Assembly (NCBI RefSeq): GCF_009914755.1
Contig: NC_060931.1
Direction: 5' to 3' (one strand)
DNA: 64,000 nt
Source: the human T2T-CHM13v2.0 reference genome, Homo sapiens
The number at the start of each line of letters is the position of its first letter. The first letter of the stretch is position 1. The notes under the pieces were generated by a model, which saw only the letters and a program-made list of their open reading frames with translations, searched no databases and was not told the DNA's origin. This document shows positions 28,656-40,400 of the stretch, piece after piece. The position numbers and the translations under genes are program-made.

Positions 28656-29699
28656 TCCATGAGCCCTGGAGAGCACAAGTGGTTTGTTTAAGGATAGGGC
28701 AGAAATGGGCCAGGAGCTCAGCCTCCTAATCACCAGTCCTGGGGCCCCTACGGAGCACCTTGGTTCTCAACTGTGTGTGGGCTGCAACACAAGGGACAGG
28801 ACCTTCCCAGACCAGAGCCACAGTTGCAGGCAGATGGTCTGCTCCCTCCCTCGGCCACCAGCTGTGCCCTCCTTTCATCTTATGAAAAATGTATCCCTAG
28901 GTTACAATTGAAAAGAAAATAAAACTTCCAGCAGTATCAGAAATCACAAGCCCTAACTGCAGTTGACACAACTAAATAAGGTTTCAGCAGTAAGATTGCT
29001 CCCTGAGGCCTCCGCAAGTCTAAAAATCTGCAAATCATGCACATCCCTGAACTTCTCATTTCACCCTCTTTACCCCTTATTCTGGAACGATGAAGGGGAA
29101 ACACATGTGCATGGGTGCAATTATCATACAGCAATCTTTGCCTATGTGCTAATTTATAAGACAAGTGAATTGTCCACAAACCGTTGGTCCTTTAGCAATT
29201 ACTAATGACCAATTGCCAATGGGCCAACACGTTGCCGAGCTGTTGTTCCGGAAGGTGGAAGCTCCCTGCTCTATGCCATGCGGCCCTCTCCTACAATGAG
29301 AACCATCAGGCAACCATCCACCCAAGCCTAGGCTCTCAGAACTTGCCTTAGAAGTCACTGCTTGACAGCCATCCTTTCCATAGGAAGGTGAACTGCGATT
29401 CCAACCAGTCAGCACATACTCCCTCCGTGGGAACAGACAGCTTGAATCCAGGCAGAGGAACAAGCTTTTGCTGTGCTGTGGTTCTCTGTTGAGGCTAGAG
29501 AGACTGGAATGCTCTTTCCCTAGATTTGCCCTCAATCTTCAAGGCCAGCGCCTCCAAGACATCTTCCCTGGCTCGCCCCTGCACAGCATGGTGGCCCCCC
29601 CAACCTCTCCTTCCTCCCACAGCACCCTGTAGTAAAATTCAAACAAAGCTTTCTGCTGAAACCTTCGCATGGCTTTCATTGCTCTGACAGAAACCAAAG

Positions 29700-30290
29700 C
29701 CACCCCCGCGGCCCTTCCTGGTCTGGTCTTGCCTCCCAGCCCCTCCCTCACTCCACGGCCTCTTTTCTTCTGCTCTCCAGCCCACCCACCTCCGCTCGGA
29801 CCCTCGGTTTCACCTCCAAAGAGTCTAGTACACTCTGAGCCCTCAGCCTGAAATGCTCTTCCCTCCTCTGTCCGCCTGGTCACATCTCCTTGGGGAAGCC
29901 CTCCCCGACCTCCTTAAAGGGCCAGATCACCCTGTTGGAGGTTCTTTGGGCACCTTCATGGCACATGTTCATGTTCTTACTTGGCCAACATAAGCCCTGC
30001 CAGGGTTGAACATTCCAGGTTGGGTTTTGTTCATCTTCTACCCCACAGTTGCTGTGGCATTCCACAAGAATAATAGCCATGTTTATGGGGTACCTGCTCT
30101 GAGTTGAACCTTGTGGAAGTGCTTTAACCATGTCCTCTCCCTCATCTCAGAGCAACTGTAAAAGGGAGATCACCCACATTTCACAAAGGAAGACAAAGGG
30201 GATGAGTCACAGCTCACAGCTGTGAAGAAGCGGGGCTGGGATTTGAACCCAGGGGTTTCTGATGGCAAAGCCTGTACTCCTAGCTACTAC
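29700..30290. mobile_element. L2 (+) followed by MIR (-) remnants
   Basis: CCTGAAATGCTCTTCCC...TCACATCTCCTTGGGGAAGCCCTCCC; GGCTGGGATTTGAACCCAGG. Confidence 0.6.
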
Positions 30291-31196
30291 TCTATATACC
30301 CTGCCTGTCCATTATAGCACCTGCCTCACCAGTACACTGTACTTACAACACCTCCCTCCAGGGAGCTCCCACCAGACAGAGCCCCTCACACCCTCTGTCC
30401 CATCCCCTACACTCTGCACATCACTCAGTGGCTGACACGGTAGAGATTCAGTATATGTCTGTTTGTTGAAACCAGGCCCGATAATATGAAAGCAAGGTTC
30501 TTTCTACACAGATGAATAGACTGAATGGCCAAAAACATCATTTGCCAAAGGTATTCTGGGAACAGCACTGTCTTGGGATGTTAATAAATGTGCGTCAAAC
30601 GTGGGCTTCTATCAGCAGATAAAGGTGAGGAGGTAATCACAGTGAACAGACATCCACAGAGGCCCTGATGGTGGGGATTCTCGTCTTTCAAAGCTAATGT
30701 GTATTCAGAGCCCTGTGAGGGGGTTGGGGCAGGTGCCTTTTCCTCAAACAACCGTGATGCCAGAACCTTCTTTTCAGGGGGTCCAGTACCAGACTAGAGT
30801 CCCACAGAAACTCTAACCCACGGCACCACTTTTCCCCTCACTTTGTGAAGTGTGGGTGGCTCTGACATCTTCAGGATGGCACTGGTCCTGTGCGTGGCGA
30901 TGGTAAATCTAATAAATAATTGAATATTCAATAACACTCAACTACAGGGGCTCTATCAAGTTCCAGCTTTTAAGTCTGGTTTATTCAGCCAGAAACAGCA
31001 TGGCAGCTGCTTCTGCTGCCACCCTTCGTGGCATGGCTTTCCACTTTCTTGGTCTGTGGATCCACATTAGTGACGCAGAAATCCCCATGGGCCTCTTTTC
31101 CCAATGATTATGGCCGTAAACGCCTCACTGGAAAGTAAGAACAGGGAGGCTGCTTAAATGAACCACAAGGGAGGAGATACCAAGATGATATCTAGC

Positions 31197-31266
31197 TTTT
31201 TGGTTTTTTTGTTTTTTGTTTCTTTGTTTTTTATCCAAGACGGAGTCTTGCTCTGTCGCCCAGGCT
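31197..31266 (-). mobile_element. Short Alu 3' fragment
   Basis: T-rich tail plus AGACGGAGTCTTGCTCTGTCGCCCAGGCT, then abrupt end. Confidence 0.8.
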
Positions 31267-31498
31267 TCCCTCTGAGGGAAGAATCCAAGACAGGACAACA
31301 TCCATTCTTTCACTCAATATACATTTAGTGAACAAATGACAATTTTTATATTGTTAGTGTTTGCATCCTAGCTTTCTCTCTTTCAGCAGACATTTTTAAG
31401 TATTCTGTGTGCAAGATCTGGTGTGTTCATTGTTTTTCATGTCCTTGGTTTTAAGAGTTTAAGAGAATTCAATACAATTTGGGGAATATAAAGAACAT

Positions 31499-31844
<346 letters not shown>

Positions 31845-31959
31845 TCAATTGTATTCTCAAAGAGAGTTTGTGAATAAATTGTTTGGACCTCAGGACGTAT
31901 TTCCTGGAGGAAATCTCAGACCGATCATGATTATAGTAAAATATAATGATAATAACAGA

Positions 31960-32165
31960 TAGTAGAAATAATAATTCAGTGTTTACTATTTGCCTTGAAG
32001 TTCATTTTCTCATTCAATCCCTGAAATACTGTTATGAGTTAGCTCCGATGGTCATCTCCATTTTCCAGAGGAAGAAACTGAGGCTTGGAGAGATCAGGTA
32101 ACTAATTTGAGGTCACATAACTGGTAAGTGGTAGGACACGACTCCAAGTCTGGCCTGTCTATCCA
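31960..32165 (-). mobile_element. MIR remnant
   Basis: CTCCATTTTCCAGAGGAAGAAACTGAGGCTTGGAGAG...GGTCACATAACTGGTAAGTGG. Confidence 0.75.
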
Positions 32166-32737
32166 GAACCACATCAGCAAAAGCCTATGCAATGCCAGAG
32201 CTGTGCTGACATGTGGCAGGAAGTCACACAGTTATATTATAATTACAACATCTATTACAGGGATGTAACAGCATTTAATAAGCAAGCATTTTTTGTATCT
32301 CGAACATTAAAATTTTAGGGGGAGGAGTTTTATTTTGAGAATTTGATTTTCTACTAAAGAAATATTTCTTAACACAGAGTTTACACTTTCTGATTCCTGA
32401 TTCCTACCATCCTATGCAGTGTTCATCTCAATAGATCATGGGGTATCTCAGGAACCTTGAAAACAAGCCAAATACAAGTGAATTGGCCAAAGGAGCACAG
32501 GTTAGCTCTGCTCGCCACCCTCACAGCCAGGGCCCTGCAAGCAAAATGGGAGGAATGAATATAATGTCTGTCTGCAGGGCCTGAATTAACCAGGGAGCAA
32601 AATTAATCACTTAATAAATTCAAATTAATTGATAATCTGATTGATCAATTCAAATTAATCAGAGAAAGAAGAACATCCCAACAGAAAAACAAGAAAGTAA
32701 GATGAAAAAGCAATCCACAAAAGAATAAACATAAATA

Positions 32738-33099
<362 letters not shown>

Positions 33100-34574
33100 T
33101 CACCAAGACACCAATTAAAATGAGATTCACTGGACCATTACACTGACAATGTTTAAGTTTGTTTATGTTTTTGTAAGATGGCAGTATTTGTGCAGATTCC
33201 TGGGTAAAGAACCTCCCTTTTTCCACTGGTGGTACAACTTTCCCATAGAACAACTTGGAAATATGCATTAAACACCTTTGCAAAGTGCATACCCACTCAT
33301 TAAGGAAGTTTACTTCAAAGAACTTACTCTAAGGAAATAAACAAGGATATTTCCTAAAATTAGCTATAAGCAATATGTCACATATGATTTCATTTTTATA
33401 GAAAAAAAAATATACACACATCCTTAAGACAAAGTCTAGAAGAATATAAACCAAAAAATTAATGCTGGTTATCACTAGATTATAGGATTAGAACTGATTT
33501 TATATTTTATATTTTTTTCAATGAATATGTACTAATATTGCAATTTTTAAAAGATATATACTATAAAGGTATATATGATTCAAGCCAATCATATATATAT
33601 ATATATACATGCTTCAAGCCAAAGAACCCACGTTTTTGTGGGCAAAAACTGCATTCCGAGCTCTGAAGAGTGATATTGTTGAGTGAAAAAGCAAAGTACA
33701 GAACCGAAGTAGTTATCAACAACCACTTGTAAAAGGGGAGGAAAATACTCTCTGTATTGGCTTGGAGATGCATTTCAAAAACAACCTTGGAAGGGTATAC
33801 CAGAAACAAACAATAGTAGTAACTTGTTTAAGAGAGCAAGAACTAAGCAGACTTTCAGAGAAAGAAAGAAGAAATTTCAGTGTTGTACTTAGAATTTTTG
33901 AACTTTGAACTGTGTGAATACATTACCTTCTCAAAAAAAGTAAAACATATATATTTTTTAAGTAACTTTTTTTCCTTGGGCCTTTTTCAGGACATATATG
34001 AGCTATATTCTACAATAAGCATTCTACTCTTGGAGTCTGCACCATTGGCTTAGGAGACCCTGTTTAAAAGCAAGACAGCCAGTGAGATTTCCTCATTTCT
34101 AACACTTATTTACCACACCCCACCCCAGAGCTATTTTTCAGAACATCTCTGAATGTGGCAATTGAAAGAAAGGGAGGAAGAGATAGAGAAAAGGAGGGGG
34201 AAGAGTTAGAACCGATGCCTCCTGCCTCCAACCCAGGAGACATCAATCTGCTCCCCAACAAACTCTATCCCTGCCCCACCTCACTCTCACCCCTATCAGA
34301 GACAACCTTGCCTCCAAGTATTTGGCAAAGGTTTTTACCATCTCTCCTAGGCAGCACACAGGGCACCAGACTTTAGAAACGCCAGCCTTGCTCAACATAT
34401 CCCATTTCAGCCCTCCTGGAAGTATCTGCTTGATCAAATACACAAATCTCACCCATCCATCTTGACAGAATTTTTAATACAATGTCCTAGGAAGTGATTT
34501 GCGTGATAGAAAATACCATGAATCTAAACGTCTTACAAAATCCCTACGTGACTTTCGGCATGTTAAGAGTTTAA

Positions 34575-35415
34575 AAGTCATCACTCCTCTCCACACAAGA
34601 AAAAAGCTGAACTAACTGAAAATCAACAACTCTTCTTAGATCCCACCAGAGAACTGAGGTCACAGGGCAAACTACTGTCCTGAGATTTGCAGAAACAGAC
34701 AGGAGGATACAGATGGATCCAGGAGGATCCAGGAGGATCCAGGAGGATCACAGGGACAAACCTCTACACAAACCAGTGCCAGGGTAGGGAAACCTGAACT
34801 GTAGTTGATGAATTGCTGGGGGCTCAGGGTGGACAAGCCTGAGAGATTAAAAACCCCAAGGGGCCCAGCCTCAGGGAGGCTCCCACACTTAGTTTTACCT
34901 CTGGGAGCCCTACCACGTTCTGATAGTGAAGCTAGGGGAAAAAATCCCCTCATGCTCCCAACAGGGAGAGGAAAAGAGGAGATATTTTGAAGCATACCAG
35001 ATCATTCTGTTCTTCTTAACAGGTCTGGTAAGATAAACTATCTTACCACAGAATAATTGACTAGGGTTTTACCAAAGCCCAGTCGACCTAGGGTAAGAGA
35101 GATACCCAACTCCAGCCCCCTCTAGCCTGTCTGCATCATATATGGGAGCGGTGGGGGTGTGCAGGGAGAAGCACTTGTGAGGGTCACAGCCCAGGGCACA
35201 GGCTCACTGAAAGACTGAGACCTAATTGTCTACAGCACACTCCCCTCCCTGCACCTCACCACCACATCCCCTGAGCTCCTGCACCATAGCGAGGAACTAC
35301 AACAGAAAGAGCTGCATGTCTCAGATCTTATCCAAGGAGAATTCTCTAGGGAAACACAAAGACAACAAAAAATACACAAATAAGGACACCAGAGGAAATT
35401 TTAGAGCCACACCAC
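34575..35415 (+). mobile_element. Ancient L1 (L1MC/MD-type) 5' UTR remnant
   Basis: AAAAGCTGAACTAACTGAAAATCAACAACTCTTCTTAGATCC...CCAGGGTAGGGAAACCTGAACTG; from recall of L1M 5' end consensus. Confidence 0.6.
34701..34750. repeat. 10-bp tandem repeat AGGAGGATCC, ~5 copies
   Basis: Seen directly; two exact and three variant units. Confidence 0.9.
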
Positions 35416-35877
35416 AGCTCTTACCAATACATGGGGCACCAACGTGTGACCCAAGCTCAGCCGGTTCAGTGCACCTGCCCTGGACTTTGACTCTTAAGCA
35501 AGTGAAAACCAGATTCAGGGACGGTTTAAACTTCATCCTGTCTGCCATGGTGGTGACATCAAATGTCCCAGGCCCAGCGTGGTGATGCTTCCTAGCTAGG
35601 TAGTGGCCTTGCTGTTGTTCCTACCACTCTGGCCTCCTTGGTTCCTGTCTATTTTCTGAGCAGGCTTTGATCTCTAGCCTGCCCGCTGACTCTGCAAGGT
35701 ACCTAACAAACTTAAAATAAAAAAGTGTTCTTCTCTCTTTCTCTCTCTTAGAACTTCTCTTAACATCTCAGGGGACTCTAGTGTTTCTGGGAATACAGTG
35801 TGGATATTGCTGCATTCAAAGGGTAAACCATCAAGCCAGAGAGGCCTCTGCTGAGCAAACCACCAGCTGAGGGGAAA

Positions 35878-36515
35878 TTACACAGGAGCTAGAAAGAAAT
35901 TATTTAGGCAGTTAGTGAGGGTAAGAGAGTCCTCAGCAAGGTTTCCCTTTTAATAAAAAGCAGTCCCCAAATCATTTCTTTTCTAACAAAGAGCTGCCTG
36001 AAAAATCAAGCTGCAGACAGAGAAAAGCAAACTAGAAGCTCACATGGGTGAATGTCGGCAGCTGTGCCAACAGAAAAAGGCTACCTGGGGGCCAAGTATG
36101 CTCAACACGGAGGTTCCATCTTCCCTTTTCCATGCCAACCATGTGAAGAGTAAAGGAACAGGCAACATGGCACTGGCCAGATAGAGAACCCATGTGCATA
36201 ATAAAAGATTAGGGTGGGGTGGCCAGCTTCTTCATGTACTATGTAAATGGCACACCTGGTCCAATTAATCTTTGGGCCCTGCTTAAATCAGATGCTGCCT
36301 CCTCAAGCTCATCTATAAAACCCTGTGCATTTCACCACGAAACCAGAAGACCACTCAGGAGCCCCTCTCTCTCTGCAGGAGAGAGGGCTTTTTCTCTTTC
36401 TCTTGCTTATTAAACCTCCACTGTTAAACTCACTCCTTGTGTGTCTGCATCCTTAATTTCCTTGGCATGAGGCTATGAACTTCAGGTATTACCCAAGATG
36501 AATGATGCCACTTCA
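35878..36515 (+). mobile_element. LTR9-family (ERV1) solo LTR
   Basis: AAGAAATTATTTAGGCAGTTAGTGAGGGTAAGAGAGTCCTC...CTTCA; 4-bp TSD GAAA; TATAAAA 36314, ATTAAA 36409. Confidence 0.85.
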
Positions 36516-37359
36516 GAAAGAAACATCAGGAGAAAGAACCTGCAGAAAAACCTGCAGCATTAGAGGCAAAGGGAGCTGCAGGACAACTCCAGGGAGCATC
36601 CTGACCAGGGCCTCTCACAGGGGTCCTCAGCCCTGGATACACATCAGAATCCCCTGAAGAGCTTAGAAAAACCAACCTCCACCCTCAGAGACTCTAAGTA
36701 GAGGGAGGGTCCAGGCATCCCACGGAGTCCATCTCCCCAGGTGAGGAGAGTATGCAGCCTGTGAGAACCATAGAGGCGGGGCTGATTACATCACACCGAG
36801 TGTCCCTCAGACACAGCAACTCATATGGCCAGAGAGAACCCCCAAGAAGACCCCATCTGCAGAAGACAGACCTTCTATGGGCTTCAGATTTCTGGCGGGG
36901 AAGCTCGCCTTCAACAGCTCTAACCACAAGAAGCGGTGGTTCTTTCAAGGGCAGGATGAGGAACAGGCAGAAAATGGTGTCTTTTCTGTCTTCATCGGAG
37001 CTGGGCCATTAAGCCAAAGTAGCTTCCTGTCTCCCAGAGACCTCACTCACCCCATCAAAAGCCAGAAACAGGATGAAGGATTGCAGTCTCTCACAATCAA
37101 TCCATTTCACAGGATCTCCCTTTCATTTATTTCCTAAATAAATGGATTGGTTTGGGGATGGTTTCACTTCCAATCAGTCCTGTCAGCTCTCCATATCGTA
37201 AATTTGTATTTTCTTTTATAAAGCATTTGCCGTGTTCTTGTCTCTCGGATGTGGCTTTAGAGATGGGCATCCTGAAGACTTAAGTGTTCTGTTTTATTTT
37301 GTTGTTCTCTTTTAGGCTTTCTAGGTGCCCACTTTCCTGGCATCTCAGCCTTTATGTTA

Positions 37360-37495
37360 ACGGTTCTCAAAATTTGGTCCCAGGACCAGCAGCAGCAACA
37401 TTGGGGAACTAGTTAAAAATGCAGGTTCTTGGGCCCACCTCAGTCCTGTTGAATCAGAAACTCTGAGAGGTGGGGGCAGCAATCTATGTTTTAAC
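37360..37495 (+). mobile_element. MER5A, 3'-truncated
   Basis: GGTTCTCAAAATTTGGTCCCAGGACCAGCAGC...TGAATCAGAAACTCTG. Confidence 0.82.
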
Positions 37496-38039
37496 GACTA
37501 CAATATGACGGCTTTAAATTATTTTGCTTAATAGCCTAAAAGCCCACATCCTGGAGAAAATATCCTGTGTCTTTAAGCCCTACCCTAGGCTATGATTTAA
37601 TTATATGTGCAGAGGAGGGCAACCCACATCTGTGGAGTGGCTCACTTTGAAGCCTTACAACATCCCTAGAAGACTTGTCTTCATTTTAAAATGAAAAGTC
37701 AAGGTGTGAGGAGGCAAGTCACTTTGTCAAGGTCTCAGCTAGCCGGCAACAGAGCTGGGTGTCAAACCACATCTGCCCACGTTAAAGCCCCTGCCCCTCT
37801 GCACTCTCCCTGCCCTGAGCTCCAGGACATCACAGCTGCTAAGGGGGACCCTGAGAGCTGGAAAGTAGGGAAGATCCTGGCCGATCCCTTGATTCTCTCA
37901 AACAACTGGCCTGGGCTGAATGGAGAGTGGGTAGGATGGACTGCAGCACAATCCAATCAGTTCGAGGTGAGGAAAGGCTTTACAACAAGCATCCTCTGTT
38001 TCCCTACCAGACTGCAAGGCACCCTCCCCCCAAAAGACA

Positions 38040-38390
38040 CTTTCATTCATTCAACACACATTTGCTGAGCACCAGATGCTCTGCGGATTCTACGAATCAG
38101 AGTGGAGAGTGAGACTAAGGGCCCTGCCCTGTTCAATGGTAATGATAAGTCTACGTTTGGTGAGCACTTTCTATGCCCCAGGCACTGTGCAAAACAGTCT
38201 CATTTAATATTCACACTAGGCCTGTGAATTAGATAACATCTTTATCCCCTATTGAAGAATGAGCAAACTGAGACTCGGAAAAGCTATGCAGTGTCCCAGG
38301 GTTAAGCAGCTGGAAGTGGCAGCACCAGGATTAAGTTTAGATTCCTCTGACTCAAAGTCTGAGCTCTTAACAAGATGCTGTGCCACCTAA
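38040..38390 (-). mobile_element. L2 end plus MIR remnant
   Basis: TTCATTCATTCAACACACATTTGCTGAGCACC; TGAGCACTTTCTATGCCCCAGGCACTGTGC...GAGCAAACTGAGACTC. Confidence 0.7.
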
Positions 38391-40179
38391 CAACATCTGT
38401 GTCCTCTACTGCTTGTGCATGTATGTGTGTTTTTAGAATAGTAATATATTGTTGTAAAACTGTGATCTTAGCCATTGCACAGGTCAGACCCTGACTTTCC
38501 TGGTCAGGGATTGTCTGTGGAAAGGATGCCAGAGCAGGAATCAGGATGCCTAACTCTCTGGGCCATAGGGGTCAAATTAAACAGGAGCAAAATCCAGAAT
38601 CAATGATCAGAGCAGAGTTTGGGTTAAGGAGAGGACAAGAGGGACAAGAGGCTCCTTGGGCACCTGTGGAGAGGGAAGCCGGCAGGCTGCTCACTCCTCC
38701 GGCATGGGTCTCCTGGGTGACTCTCCTGCTTCAGGCATTGTCCCAGCTGAAGGGACTCTGAAATATTTCTAATATCTCCTCAGGCAGGTCTTTCCTCTCA
38801 TTCTCCTCCCTTCCTTTCCCAAACTCACAATGAATGTGAGCAGCAACTGCGTGTGCATGCTCCTGCACAGAAACTTCAAGAGCAGACATGATTAGCCACG
38901 TGTCCTTATCCTGCTGCCATGGTCACGGAGCATAACTGGAGATGGAACCTCAGCCACGACAAACACAGCCCCCTGGCAAACTGCACTAGACAGGTAGCAC
39001 AAGGCAGAACTAAACTCCTCTTGCATGAGGCCACTGAGATTTGGGGTGTTTGTCACCTAGCCTGTCCTGACTGATGGATTGTCTCTCTGGCAATTTGTCC
39101 TTTTTCTGCCTCCAAGAAGGTAGCACATTTGACATTCTCCAATAGCCAGAGGGTTGTGACCCTGGTTCTTCATAGCTTTCTGGTGTCCTCAGAACAACCC
39201 TTTCTCTGAGAGACCTTGAATGGCCTCTGTTCTTCCCAGCCAAACAACAACAACCAACCTTACATTCCCTCTGTCACCTGTCATTGAGTTCGGGTGGTTC
39301 AGGCCCCTATGGTCTCTCACCTGGGCCATTGCAAGCCTCCCAGTGACTGCCCTGTGCCTCGAATCTCCCTCCTATCTGCCTCCCTGTAGCTGCCAGAGTG
39401 GTCTGCCTAAACTGCAGGTGTGACTATGACCTCCACCCATTATCTCTCTCATCACCACCTGGATTAGGGGTCCAAGCTCATGGCCCAACATCCAAGACAA
39501 ACAATCTTGTGTCTGGTCCTGTTTAGAAATAAATACATGTAGAACTAGGACTGGCGGAGGAAATATTTCACAGGGTGCGTGTTTTCTGAAGCCCAGGCCA
39601 TTCTCTCACCAAGACTCTGTTTTCACTGCATGTTTATAAGGGAATAAAACCCAGCCGTGCACACACTCTGATCCAGAGCTTATATCCAACAGACCCACCA
39701 TGTCTTAGAAGTGAGTTATCCAGCAATGGTGCTTAGCTCTAAAAATAAGCAGGCCACCACTGCCATGAGGAACAGGCTGTGAGCGAGCCATTCCTCCTCT
39801 GAAAACACGTTTCACCTTCTCCACCTGCCACCTTGTCAGCCATACTCTGCTTCTCCCTGGGATTACTGTCAAATGCTATTGCAGTGAGTGCAAATCTGAC
39901 GATGAGCTCAGTTGCCTGTGTGCTGAGCCCAACACAGTCACAGTTTCTTTGACTGAGGTCTTGAAGCTTCTTGAGCAAGGGAGGAGGGCTCAAGGGCACT
40001 CACCCTGCTGGGACAGATCCATAACAGGGCCACCAACTGGACAGCTTTGACAGACAGCCCAGAATTTTCTGATTTTTTACACAGAGCCCAAAATTCCTCC
40101 TCTTAGAATTACTGTCCCTATTAAGGCAGTGTCGTTCTAGAAAACATCTTGCTTAGAGTAGGCAAGCCACAGAGGGAGC

Positions 40180-40400
40180 TGACATTCATTGAGTGCCTAC
40201 TCTATGTATGCCAGGTCCATGCTAAGCACTTTGTGCACATTGTCTCATTTATTCCACATAACAAGCCTGTGGGTGAAGCACCATCACCATCCTCACCCTA
40301 TTGTATGGATGAGGAAACTGAGGCCCAGAGAGTTTGTGAAAGTTGTCTTAGGCTGTAAAGCTAGTAAAAGGCAGGGGATGGATTCAAACCTAGTGATGAG
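40180..40400 (-). mobile_element. MIR remnant
   Basis: ACATTCATTGAGTGCCTAC...GATGAGGAAACTGAGGCCCAGAGAG...GGATTCAAACC. Confidence 0.78.
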
